A stretch of DNA of 64,000 nt from Mobula hypostoma (taxonomy: Eukaryota): positions 36,830,001 to 36,894,000 of the forward strand of contig NC_086108.1 in assembly GCF_963921235.1 (NCBI RefSeq). The letters are read 5' to 3'. The notes beneath the pieces were generated by a model that saw nothing but the letters and a program-made list of their open reading frames with translations, made no database searches and had not been told where the DNA came from. Positions 1 through 12,767 of the stretch are shown piece after piece (within the stretch, counting starts at the first letter, position 1; every line of letters begins with the position of its first letter). The position numbers and the translations under genes were made by a program.

Positions 1-244
1 CACAGAGGAAAGCACTGCTTTCAAAATAAGAGTAAAACTAGATGGTCCATTCATCATCATCCATTTCACACTACTGAATGGGTAACAGTAGTTTTCTCAC
101 TGTAGTATTGCATTCTTGCCCATGTTAAATTAGAATATAGCATAAGTGACTAAGTATATTTCCTTCTTCCAATTCATAATTTAAATATAAAAACAAATGC
201 AAATATTAAAAAAAACCTTCTCTTATATATTGGCTTTAAAATTA

Positions 245-731
245 CGAGGGGTGATTGATAAGTTCGTGGCCTAAGGTAGAAGGAGTCAATTTTAGAAAAC
301 CTAGCACATTTAATTTTCAACATTGTCCCCTCCTACATGTACACACTTAGTCCAGCGGTCATGGAGCATACAGATCCCTTCTTTGTAGAAGTGGTCCACA
401 GCAGGGGTGATTTATAAGTTCGTGGCCTAAGGTAGAAGGAGATGAGTTATACCGCTCTCGTTACATGCATGTGCAGTTCAACTCTTTGAGTGAAAATACA
501 GAAAGTTTGAAGTTAATAACTCATCTCCTTCTACCTTAGGCCACAAACTTATCAATCACCCCTGCTGTGGACCACTTTCTGGAGGTTCAAGATGCCGACT
601 TCTACAAAGAAGGGATCCGTATGCTCCACGACCGCTGGACTAAGTGTGTAAATGTAGGAAAAATAAATGTGCTAAGCTTACTAAAACTGACTCCTTCTAC
701 CTTAGGCCACAAAATTATCAATCACCCCTCG
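245..731. mobile_element. Palindromic (fold-back) mariner-derived non-autonomous element
   Basis: TA at 243-244 and 732-733; terminal inverted repeats CGAGGGGTGATTGATAAG.../...TTATCAATCACCCCTCG; both arms encode a mariner transposase C-terminus (FYKEGIRMLHDRWTKCVNVG on + at about 600-660; FYKEGICMLHDRWTKCVHVGGDNVE on - at about 315-392). Confidence 0.9.
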
Positions 732-3318
732 TACTAAACATGCCAAAATCATGCGGACAAAACATTTTTAAGTGACGCCAATCCCTCTTGCCACACACAA
801 CAATAATCTGTGGATTTATTCTATGTTTACTTGTCAATAAGTCAATAAAATATTACCTAGATACAGATAATTCCTTTCTAGTATTGGCCAGTTTCAGAAG
901 ATTTACACTTGGAGCCAGAAGCTGGCGGAGATGTTTTGCTTTTTGAAATATGCCAAATAGTTGCCAAAAAAAAAACGGGAGCAGGTAGTTTTAGCTCTTT
1001 GTTTCTGCATGTGAAATATCATTAGGCAAAGGTGTTCAAACCATAATTGGCACCAGCTCCCTGCTAACTCCTAAATATAAACAGTGGGCTTTTTCTCAGT
1101 AGCATTAATTGATAGATAGAAAGAAAGGCCAACCGTTTGTATTTTGGAATTAGCAAGTGTCAATACCAGTTTGTTTTAAACCAAATCTTCCCAGTTCACC
1201 CTGAAGTTGCCTCCAGCTGGTCAAAATCCATACTTTGAGATTTAGTGACACAAACACCACTAAACCAAATATGAAAATAGGCAGTGAGTTATGAAGAGCT
1301 GTCCTTGCATTTTTCTCGGCATTGTACTCAGGAATAGCATTGGCTAATGTTTTAGATCATTTTCTCAGCTGGGAATTGAGGGAACTATACTAAAAAAAAC
1401 AAAGTCATAAATATTATTTCATGTCATCAGATATGTTTTGCTTTGACATTCATGATAAGTACTTCACTGTGCATCAAAGCACATCTTTCCCCACACCTTA
1501 TAATAATATGTAAACTCACCCGACCTGCATTATTTAGTGAGTCACTCATTCTGACATTCATTCACTCAGTCACTCACTCACACATTTAAGCTATCTGATT
1601 CTGAGACACTTCAGTCAATTCTGAGCTCTCTGCAGCAAAAGAGTGCAACATAAAATCTTCCTGTGCCTCTAAGATATGGGCATTGTTATGGAATGACATA
1701 CTGCCTAAGAGGATGCCCAGTATTTCTCAAAGCTTGCTGTAAAATATTACATTTAGTCTTACAGTCTCTGAATGGGTGTTGGTGTAAATTTTAAAATATA
1801 GGAAATGTTTTGGAATGACATTTATTCAACTGAGCTCTGCAATTTGGTGTGATTGGTCCAAAGAATATATTAGATATATTTTCATATTTGTAGATAATAA
1901 TATCCCTTGGATTTGACCAGTCACAATGAGTGCACCGTGGTGTGATTACCAGGTCTAAAAAAATATTTACATCCAAACTATTTTCTACGGTTGTAGTTTT
2001 TGCTGCAATGTTATCTCAGTCTTTCACTGTGGTGTTTGAAGATTAGGCGCAGAGGCTCAGTAACACAGCTGATGCAATATTCCCCCACACTCTCAGAAGG
2101 AGAATATTCCATAAAAAAAGAGTCTGCTCTGTGGGAAATGGTTGTGCTGAACCGGCTTTTGGAATATAAATTATAGACAAGTGTAGCATATAATTGCAAG
2201 CTGATTAAAAATAGGATGAGAAGATCAGAATGGAAATTCACTTAAGGAAAAGAAATGATTTCAGAAGGTTCCATATCATTGAGTATGATAGACTCCATAA
2301 GATGCACTGGGCTGATTTTGGCAACTGATACATTTTATGTTTTAAGCTTGGTTTGCGATTTTGCTGACTTGCTCAGGTTGGTGCACGCTTTATTAACTGA
2401 TTTGAGTGCAAAATGCAAATGAGATGAAAAATAAATTTAAATAAATATACATAGAGCTGCAATGAAGGAACAAAATTTATTTTAAGGCAGCCCTACAATT
2501 TTTTATAGCTAGTGTATTGGGTAAATAGTCCAGAAATAAAATCTTTCTTTATTAATCAAAATAGGCTGTGATCACATGTATCCATCACTATGATTGGCTG
2601 CAATGCACTGAATGTGTGCATAATAATTGTACCTAATTATTCTTATGAAATATTATTTCAGAGCATAACATTATGTAAGGGCTAGGCAGTGACATAACTT
2701 TGTTTGTGTGCATTAATTTACCTGTATGATTTACTCTTGTTATTGGTATATTTGAATTTTCTGCACAGCATTGGTAGTGCTTTTCAACGATAGATCTTCC
2801 TCAGTGATTCTCAGATTAGAGCAAGTAAATCTTAACTTCAGGTTTGTAACCACAGTCTCTTGAGATCGATTTACGTATGTTCAGCTTCATTTTGGGAATC
2901 TGCCAAATAAAACCATTAACTTGCATTGTGCATCTGATAATTATGGAGAAGGAAAGAAAGCAGAAGGTTACTATCTGATCTTACAATCAGCTTCTCAAGC
3001 ACTGCCCTTTCTGATCTAAAGAACAATTCGTAACCAAAATGATTTGTAGGTGAACTTGGGGCATAAAATACATCTTAAATAATGCCACCGTTAAACACAA
3101 ATTTTAACATGAAGGGGCGTAATATTCAAAACAAGTTCTTCAGCACTTGTTTTGTTCAGTTGATGCAGAGAATTGTTCTCTTGAGCAAAATATTATTGCT
3201 AAATGGAGTGGAGCTGTCACCTTCTTGCCACATTATTATTTATTTTAAAAAAACAGAATAAATTATTCTTGTTTTTTATATAAATACTCCTCCTTTTAAA
3301 GAAATACATTTTGAAATA

Positions 3319-4165
3319 GAGGTTGACTACCCCTTATCCAAAATTCCAATCTCTGAAAGCCTCCAAAATCCGAATTTTTTTTTGAGCACTGTAATGACGT
3401 CACAAATGGGAAAATTCCACAAAGTGCTGGAAAGGTTCTCAAGCGATCCACAGGTCTCTGTCCACCACAGACAATTCTGAGAAGTGACCTCACATACGTA
3501 ATGAATAGAAGTTAGTGAAAAATAGAAAACACTGCACAAAGCAAAAAGTGAATATCTCAGTCGTGCGTTGAAAGAGTAGATTTGTCAGTGCTGGAGTGAA
3601 CAGCTGCTGCTTAACGGTACGCTGATCATGAAACAAGCAAAGATCCATCACAGCAAACTGAAAACTGAAGGTAAATGTTAATATTCAGCAGGCTGGTTGT
3701 TGAAGTTTAAGAAAAGGCATGGTATTAAATTTTTAAAGCAGTTGCTGATCACGAAGCAGCAGAAAAATTAATCGAGTTTGCCGAGATCGTTGCTGATGAA
3801 AATCTAACCTCAGAACAAGTCTACAATGCTGATTGTTTGTAATACCTACATAACCTTTTAATCAAGACACGGCATCATAGGTGGAGACTGAGAGCCTGCC
3901 ATTGTTTGTTGTATTCAACAGCTGATTCAGGTATTCTGCCGATGCTGCTTTTGTTACTCTGCACACATTATATCTTTATTATATTAAAGGTGTGTAATAT
4001 TTTTTACTGTTAAATACATACAGTATGTGTGATGAACAAATGTAAGTAAAGACAGCACATAAATTCAGAGTTGGAAATGATGGTGACCCCAAACTATCTC
4101 AATATATATTCAAAATCTGAAACACTTCCAGCCCCAAGCATTTCAGATAAGGGGTACTCAACTTG
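3319..4165 (+). mobile_element. Tigger/pogo DNA transposon (Tigger4/Zombi-like), internally deleted
   Basis: TA then GAGGTTGACTACCCCTTATCC ... GATAAGGGGTACTCAACTTG inverted termini; transposase remnants NGTLIMKQAK, YSAGWLLKFKKRHGIKFLK, IVADENLTSEQVYNAD. Confidence 0.88.
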
Positions 4166-4584
4166 CACTAGGTTCCAAATTATCTTAGCATAATCATCCT
4201 TAACAAATGACCAGAAACATTAGGGTTACTCGTAACAGCGTGAAATAATAAACTTCAAATGTATTTCTGAATCGATGCAGGAAAAATCTTCATTCACCTA
4301 TATGGATCCTCTTCAATCCTGCCATCTGGAAAGAAATATCTGGTGAAAAACATAGTCAGCTGATCTGTAGGAGTCTATTTTGAAGCTGTATTTTGCCTTC
4401 CAACAGGTTGTTTTGGGCAGCCAAACACTCTGCAGACAAAGCAGGAGTCATAGAGTTAGCTTGTTTATTATCATGATTTAACTTCTATCCTTACTTTTGA
4501 TCTAACCGCAATGTGAGTTTTAGCATCAACATTCCCTTAGATATGGATTGCATAGCACTTGGAATTTGAAGTTTGGTTTTGCCT

Positions 4585-4915
4585 GAAGTAAAGCTGCTGC
4601 CTCCATAGCTGCAGTGATTAGGTTCTTCCCTGATCTTCAGCACTGTCTGTGTGGAGTTTGCATGCCTTCCCTGTGCCCAGATGGATTTCCTGAGCTTTGG
4701 TCCACATTTCAAAGACGTCTGAGTTTTTGGGTTAATTGGCCAATGTAAGATTCCCCTAAAGCTTAGGCAAATTGTAGAGCCATGGAGAAGCTGAGGGAAG
4801 TATAGGAGAATAACTGGAGATGAGTGTGAGGTTACTGCAAATGAGTGTTTGAGGATGGGTTTGGACTCAAGTGAGCCAAAGGGCCTGTTTTTGAGCTGTA
4901 AGTTGCTATATATCT
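4585..4915 (+). mobile_element. tRNA-derived V-SINE (HE1-like), diverged
   Basis: V-domain-like CTGTCTGTGTGGAGTTTGCATG...CCACATTTCAAAGACGT...GGTTAATTGGCC and a CR1-like 3' tail (GAGCCAAAGGGCCTGTTT) shared with the LINE tails in this window. Confidence 0.75.
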
Positions 4916-5905
4916 AAGTTAAATTAGCAATAATTTACAGATGAAATTAGAGTCATTGAGTTATAGAAAAAAAGAGCAAGGAAGCTGGCCCTTCAGGCCA
5001 CTGTCAGTGAAGACTATCAATGGTCCATTTGCACTAATCCTACATTAATTTGCTTCAATTGTGTAACTAGTCTGAGAACACTATGCATATTCACATGTTC
5101 ATTATTATGCTGACATCAGACACATAGCTAATGTCATGAATTCTACAAATTCACAGTCCTACCAAGAACTTCGAGAACAAATGAGAGGACATAGAGGTCT
5201 CCCTGTGATTCATCGGGGACATTTATCAGGAGCGCTGCGTATGCAGTACCCTTAGTACCCACTTCCAGACTTTTCTCCCCCCCCCTTCCCCTTTCTCTCT
5301 CCCCTTTCTCATCCCCTTCTACCCACCCGCTTCTCTTGTGATGGTATTGGGTTTGCTAACCACAAAGATCTAAACTCAAGTGAAGATCTTGGGCCATATC
5401 TGATATAGACAGCTACAGATACCCTCGCTAAAGGGGAGTTATACTGCATTCATCTTCTCTTTAAAGGCTGGATAATTTCCCTGTTTATCCTCCACTGCAA
5501 GTGTAGCTGCCAATACCAATTACTTGAGCAGAAGGACCCCCACTCAACCAGGCAAGAGATACTTCCAGCTAATAATATAGTTTAATGCAGTTCATTCATT
5601 TGTAGTGAAACACATTTAAATCCAGACAAAATTCATAAAACACATTAAAACTCACAGATAGTTCTATCTTTTAACAGATTTCTAAATTTAAACGATTTCC
5701 AAAACACAGATACAATTCCTATAGGCTAAGTAGACATCGACAAGTTGAAGGCAAACAAGTCATCCATCATAGAAATCAATCACTGAAGAAAGGATTCTAA
5801 TCATCCTTTCTTTCTATAATTCTTCTTGCTGTTCTGCAACTATTCCTAACAAGCTGACTGCTCTCTTACATTTTTTGTTTTTCTGTCACTTGGGTGACTT
5901 CACGT

Positions 5906-8900
5906 ACATAGAAACATAGAAACAACAAAAACTTACAGCACAGTGCAGGCCCTTCAGCCCACAGAGTTGTGCTGCACATGTCCCTATCTTAGAAATTACT
6001 CGGCTTACCTATAGCCCTCTATTTTACCAAACTCCATGTACCTATCTAAAAGTCTCTTAAAAGACCCTATTGTATCCGCCTCCACCACCGTTGCTGGCAG
6101 CCCATTCCACACACTCACCACTCTCGGTGTAAAAAACTTACCCCAAACATCTCCTCTGTACCAGCTCCCCAGTAACGTAAACCTGTGTCCTCTTGTGGCA
6201 ACCATTTCAGTCCTGGGAAAAAAGCCTCTGACTATACACACGATCAATGCCTCTCATCATCTTATACACCTCTATCAGGTCACCTTTCATCCTCTGTTGC
6301 TCCAAGGAGAAAAGGCCGAGTTCACTCAACTTATTCTCATAAGGTATGATACCCAATCCAGGCAACATCCTTGTAAATCTCCTCTGCACCCTTTCTATGG
6401 TTTCCACATCCTTCCTGTAGTGAGGCGACCAGAACTGAGCACAGTACTCCAAGTGGGGTCTGACCAGGGTCCTATATAGCTGCAACCTTACCTCTCGGCT
6501 CCTAAATTCAATTCCACGATTGATGAAGGCCAATATACCATACGCCTTCTTAACCACAGAGTCAACCTACACAGCTGCTTTGAGTGTCTATGGACTCGGA
6601 CCCCTAGATCCCTCTGATCCTCCACACTGCCAAGAGTCTTACCATTAATATTATATTCTGCCATCATATTTGACCTACCAAAATGAACCACTTCACACTT
6701 ATCTGGGTTGAACTCCATCTGCCAGTCCTCAGCCCAGTTTTGCATCCTATCAATGTCCCGCTGGAAATGTTGACAGCCCTCCACACTATCTACAACACCC
6801 ACAACCTTTGTGTCATCAGCAAACTTGCTAACCCATCCCTCCACTTCCTCATCCAGGTAATTATAAAAATCACGAAGGATCCCAGAACAGATCCCTGAGG
6901 CACCCCACTGGTGACTGACCTCCATGCAGAATATGACCCGTCTACAACCACTCTTTGCCTTCTGTGGGCAAGCCAGTTCTAGATCCACAAAGAAATGTCC
7001 CCTTGGATCCCATGCCTCCTTACTTTCTCAATAAGACTTGCATGGGGTACCTTATCAAATGCCTTGCTGAAATCCATATACACTATATCTACTGCTCTTC
7101 CTTCATCAATGTGTTTAGTGGCATCCTCAAAAAATACAATCAGGCTCATAAGGCACGACCTGCCTTTGACAAAGACATGCTGACTACTCCTAATCATATT
7201 ATACCTCTCCAAATGTTCATAAATCCTGCCTCTCAGGATCTTCTCCATCAACTTACCAACCACTGAGGTAAGACTCACTGGTCTATAATTTCCTGGGCTA
7301 TCTCTACTCCTTTTCTTGAATAAAGGAACAACATCCGCAACCCTCCAATCCTCCGGAACCTTTCCCGTCCTCATTGATGATTCAAAGATCATCGCCAGAG
7401 GCTCAGCAATCTTCTCCCTCGCCTCCCACAGTTGCCTGGGGTACATCTCATCCGGTCCTGGTGATTTATCCAATGTGATGCTTTCCAAAAGCTCCAGCAC
7501 ACCCTCTTTCTTAATATCTACATGCTCAAGCTTTTAAGTCTGCTGCAAGTCATCACTATAATCACCAAGATCCTTTTCCATAGCGAATACTGAAGTAAAG
7601 TATTCATTAAGTACCTCTGCTATTTCCTCTGGTTCCATACACGCTTCCCCACTGTCACACTTGATAGATCCTATTCTTTCACGTCTTATCCTTTTGCTCT
7701 TCACATACTTGTAGAATGCCTGGGGTTTTCCTTAATCCTGCCCACCAAGGCCTTCTCATGGCCCCTTCTGGCTCTCCTAACTTCCTTCTTAAGCTCCTTC
7801 CTATTAGTCTTATAATCTTCTAGATCTCTAACATTACCTAGCTCTCTGAACCTTTTGTAAGTTTTTCTTTTCTTCTTGACTAGATTTATTACAGCCTTTG
7901 TACACCACAGTTCCTGTACCCTACCATAACTTCCCTGTCTCATTAGAATGTACCTATGCAGAACTCCACACAAATATCCCCTGAATATTTGCCACATTTC
8001 TTCCGTACTTTTCTCTGAGAATATCTGTTTCCAATTTAAGCCTCCAATTTCCTGCCTGATAGCTTCATAATTTCCCTTACTCCAATTAAACGCTTTTCTA
8101 AAAAAACATTTTTCGCTTGTCTGTTCCTATCTCTCCCCAATGCTATTGTAAAGGAGATAGAATTATGATCACTATCTCCAAAATGCTCTCCCACTGAGAG
8201 ATCTGACACCTGACCAGGTTCATTTCCCAATACCAAATCAAATACAGCCTCTCCTCTTGTAGGTCTATCTATATATTGCATCAAGAAACCTTCCTGAACA
8301 CACCTAAAAAACTCCACCCCATCTAAACCCCTTGTTCTAGGGAGATGCCAATCAATATTTGGGAAATTAAAATCTCCCATCACGACAACTCCGTTATTAT
8401 TACACCTTTCCAGGATCTGTTTCCCTATCTGCTCCTCAATATCCCTGTTACTATTGGGCGGCCTATAAAAAACACCCAGTAAAGTTATTGACCCCTTCCT
8501 GTTCCTAACCTCCACCCACAGAGACTCTGTAGACAACCCCTCCATGGCGTTCACCTTTTCTGCAGCCGTGACACTTTCTCTGATCAACATTGCCGCGCCT
8601 CCACCTCTTCTGCCTTCCTCCCTGTCCTTTCTGAAACATCTAAAACCCGGCACTTGAAGTAACCATTCCTGTCCCCGAGCCATCCAAGTCTCTGTAATGG
8701 CCACCACATCATATCTCTAGGTTCTGATCCACGCTCTAAGCTCATCCGCTTTGTTCACAACACTCCTTGCATTAAAATAGATGTATTTCAAACCTTCGGT
8801 CTGAGCGTGTCCCTTCTCTATCACCTGCCTATTCTTGTGAGCCAACCTCCTCTTCCCCAGTCTCTTCAGTTTGGTTCCCACCCCCCAACAATTCTAGTTT

Positions 8901-9990
8901 AAACTCTCCTCAGTAGCCTTAGCAAACCTCCCTGCCAGGATATTGGTCCCCCTGGGATTCAAGTGCAACCCGTCCTTTTTGTACAGGTCATACCTGCCCC
9001 AAAAGAGGTCCCAATGATCCAGAAATCTGAATCCCTGCCCCCTGCTCCAATCACTCAGCCTCACATTTATCCTCCACCTCATTCTATTCCTGTTCTCACT
9101 GTCGCGTGGCACAGGCAGTAACCTGAGATTACTACCTTTGTGGTCCTGCTTCTCAACTTCCTTCCTAACTCCCTGTAGTCTTCTTTCAGGACCTCTTCCC
9201 TTTTCCTACCTATGTCACTGGTACTAATATGTACCATGACCTCTGGCTGTTCTCCCTCCTACTGCAGGATATCTTTGTTGTGATCTGAAACATCTGGGAC
9301 CCTGGCACCTGAGAGGCAAACTACCATCTGAGTTTCTTTCCTGCGTCCATAGAATCGCCTGTCTGACCCCATAACTATAGAGTCCCCTATCACTGCTGCC
9401 ATCGTCTTCCTTTCCCTACCCTTCTGAGCCACAGGGCCAGACTCTGTGCCAGAGGCACGGCCACTGTCGATTCCCCCATGTAGGCTGTCCCCCCCCCAAC
9501 AGTACTCAAACAGGAGTACTTATTGTCAAGGGGTACAGCCACAGAGGTACTCTCTAGTACTTGACTCTTCCCCTTCCTATTCCTGACTGTGACCCACTTG
9601 ACTGTCTCCCATGGCCCCAGTTTGACCACCTGCCTATAACTCCTTTCTATCATATCCTCGCTCTCCCTGACCACATGAAGGTCATCGAGCTGCAGCTCTA
9701 CACACCAGGTGGAGATATGGCCTTCTGGGAGGCTGTGAGACTTCCGGACCTCCCACATCTGACACCGAGCACGGAAAACTGGCCTCACACGCATACTTTC
9801 TCCTTTCCTCAAATAACACAGGTAAACCTACCCTGCCCATTGAGCCAAAGCCCGATCACTCTGCTGCCTCTCACTCCGCTACCTGCTCCGAATGCTGCCC
9901 ACTGGATATGGCAGTCTTCTTTTTAAACCTTTCATGCTCTACTGGCTGACGTCATGTGCCTGCGCAGTCTCGCTGCTCTTTTACCCCTCT
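5906..9990 (-). mobile_element. Near-full-length CR1-clade (HER1-like) LINE, decayed
   Basis: Order on minus strand: 5' UTR (about 9990-9815), ORF1 pieces (9390-9812; 8894-9112 with DGLHLN esterase motif), APE endonuclease (8036-8707; ITETW, GDFN, SDH), RT (6979-7500; 6488-6988 with FADD), C-terminus (6005-6557), TTTCTATG-type tail at about 5906-5925. Confidence 0.95.
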
Positions 9991-10529
9991 CTTGTACATG
10001 TGATAATTTTTCATATACCTTTTTACACAAACGGTCTAAAAGCTTCTGGTGACAGATTTCCCAGATGCCCATATTTAATGCTGTGAGGTGGCCTCTTTGA
10101 GCATGCAAACCTTCCAGCGATTAGTAGATCAGTTATTTGATGTGCTAAATGATAGTATCAATCTGTTCTGCAAGCTTCCTTGAACTAACTAACTTGGCCA
10201 GGGTTGTCTGGTTTGAAACAGGCCAATGAACATAACCCCACTACATCTTTTGAGCAGTCAGCCCTGTGCTGTGGACCAGCAGTCTGTGTTCTATAGACAG
10301 TGCTATTTGTTTGCAAAGCTATTTTTTTAACGTCAGACTGATTATTGCTCGCCATTTACATTAAGAATTCAATCCCATTGATGACAAGAAGCTGAACAAA
10401 GAATATTGTTTGAAAGTTCATTTTACTTAAGAACAATTCTTTGATTTCTACAAGTGTCAGCTGCTATGTTAGGAAGTTGAGCTTGGCAAAAAGGAAGGCT
10501 CCATTGACCTGGACAGTGAATACACTCTT

Positions 10530-10965
10530 CTCTCCCCGCGCCCCCCCCCCCCACCACCTTTTATCATTCCCTGCTCTGGCTCCCCCTTGCCTCTTCTCTT
10601 TTGCTTACCTGCCTACCACCTCCCAATGGTGCCCATCCTCCTTCCCTTATTCCATTGTTCCACTCCTCTCTCTGACCAGATTTCTTGCTCTTCACTCCTT
10701 TACCTTTTCGAGCTATCATCTCCCAGCTTCTTACGTCATCCCCTTCCCCCACACACCTGACTTAACCTATCACCTTTTAGTTTGTACTCCTCCTCTTTCC
10801 CCAACTTTATTCTGGCTTCTCCCCCTTTCCCTTCCAGTCCTGATGAAGGTTCCCTACCTGAAATATCAACTGCTTATTCCTTTCCATAGTTGAAGCCTGA
10901 TCTAGTGAGTTCCTTCAGCATTTTATATTATTCTGAATTTTCAGCATCTGCAGAGTCTCTTGTGA
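10530..10965 (+). mobile_element. Penelope-like element 3' terminal repeat, old copy
   Basis: Pyrimidine-rich tract, then CAGTCCTGATGAAGG...CCTGAAATATCAACTG (degenerate hammerhead, 10835-10872) and the end CAGCATCTGCAGAGTCTCTTGTG; homologous to 12768-13336 and 27978-28110. Confidence 0.75.
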
Positions 10966-10980
10966 TGTTGCATTGTTAAA

Positions 10981-12570
10981 TATCGGCTTCAATCCCTTCT
11001 GCATCTGCATCCCAGAGTGCTTAAGGAAGTAGCCCAAGAAATGGTGGATGCGTTAGTGATAATTTTTCAAAACTCTTTAGATTCTGGACTAGTTCCTGAG
11101 GATTGGAGGGTGGCTAACGTAACCCCACTTTTTAAAAAAGGAGTGAGAGAGAAAGCAGGGAATTATAGACCGGTTAGCCTAACATCGTTGGTGGGGAAAC
11201 TGCTAGAATCAGTTATCAAAGATTTGATAACAGCACATTTGGAAAGCGGTGAAATCATCGGACAAAGTCAGCATGGATTTGTGAAAGGAAAATAATGTCT
11301 GACGAATCTCATAGAATTTTTTGAGGATGTAACTAGTAGAGTGGATAGGGGAGAACCAGTGGATGTGGTATATTTGGATTTTCAAAAGGCTTTTGACAAG
11401 GTCCCACACAGGAGATTAGTGTGCAAACTTAAAGCACACAGTATTGGGGGTAAGGTATTGATGTGGATAGAGAATTGGTTGGCAGACAGGAAGCAAAGAG
11501 TGGGAATAAACGGTACCTTTTCAGAGTGGCAGGCAGTGACTAGTGGGGTACTGCAAGGCTCAGTGCTGGGACCCCAGTTGTTTACAATATATATTAATGA
11601 CTTGAATGAGGGAATTAAATGTAGCATCTCCAAGTTTGCGGATGACACCAAGCTGGGTGGCAGTGTTAGCTGTGAGGAGGATGCTAAGAGGATGCAGGGT
11701 GACTTGGATAGGTTAGGTGAGTGGGCAAATTCATGGCAGATGCAATTTAATGTGGATAAATGTGAAGTTATCCACTTTGGTGGCAAAAACAGGAAAACAT
11801 ATTATTATCTGAATGGTGGCCGATTAGGAAAAGGGGAGGTGCAACGAGACCTGGGTGTCATTATACACCAGTCATTGACAGTGGGCAAGCAGGTACAGCA
11901 GGCGGTGAAAAAGGTGAATGGTATGCTGGCACTTATAGCAAGAGGATTCGAGTACAGGAGCAGGGAGGTACTACTGCAGTTGTACAAGGCCTTGGTGAGA
12001 CCACACCTGGAGTATTGTGTGCAGTTTTGGTCCCCTAATCTGAGGAAAGACATACTTGCCATAGAGGGAGTACAAAGAAGGTTCACCAGATTGATTCCTG
12101 GGATGGCAGGACTTTCATATGATGAAAGACTGGATGAACTAGGCTTATACTTGTTGGAATTTAGAAGATTGAGGGGGGATCTGATTGAAATGTATAAAAT
12201 CCTAAAGGGATTGGACAGGCTAGATGCAGGAAGATTGTTCCCGATGTTGGGGAAGTCCAGAACGAGGGGTCACAGTTTGAGGATAAAGGGGAAGCCTTTT
12301 AGGACTGAGATTAGGAAAAACTTCTTCACACAGAGAATGGTGAAACTGTGGAATTCTCTGCCACAGGAAATAGTTGAGGCCAGTTCATTGGCTATATTTA
12401 AGAGGGAGTTAGATATGGCCCTTGTGGCTAAAGGGATCAGGGGGTACAGAGGGAAGGCTGTTACAGGGTTCTGAGTTGGATGATCAGCCATGATCATACT
12501 GAATGGCGGTGCAGGCTCGAAGGGCCGAATGGCCTACTCCTGCATCTATTTTCTATGTTTCTATGTTTCT
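10981..12570 (+). mobile_element. 5'-truncated CR1-clade LINE (RT and 3' UTR), young
   Basis: ORFs 11017-11295 and 11341-12474 are in one frame split by a single TAA; NYRPVSLTS, DFQKAFDKV, QGSVLGP, FADD; tail TTTCTATGTTTCTATGTTTCT. Same subfamily as 55492-57206. Confidence 0.96.
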
Positions 12571-12767
12571 GACAAAAGCTGGGGCTTGGAGTTCCACACG
12601 ACCATTATCACTGTGCAACCTCGAGCGAACTGGTTTCATGACAGTGTTACTGTGATTTACATGGGCACTTTGCTGACCAGCAGAGCAGACATAGAACTGA
12701 TTGTGCATGCCCAGTTATTCCCTCAACAACCAAAGAGTCTGCTTAAGCAAGTAGAGGCTATTGTTGT

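Noticed and set aside
6036..7537. Plus-strand ORFs antisense to CR1 RT (similar ones at 11382-12497, 35528-35818, 55985-56689)
   Set aside because: Shadow ORFs of LINE coding sequence; they recur only because the LINE copies are homologous.
5904..9999. GTACAT at both ends of the CR1 as a TSD
   Set aside because: Only 6 bp, overlaps the tail repeat, and the 5' boundary is uncertain.
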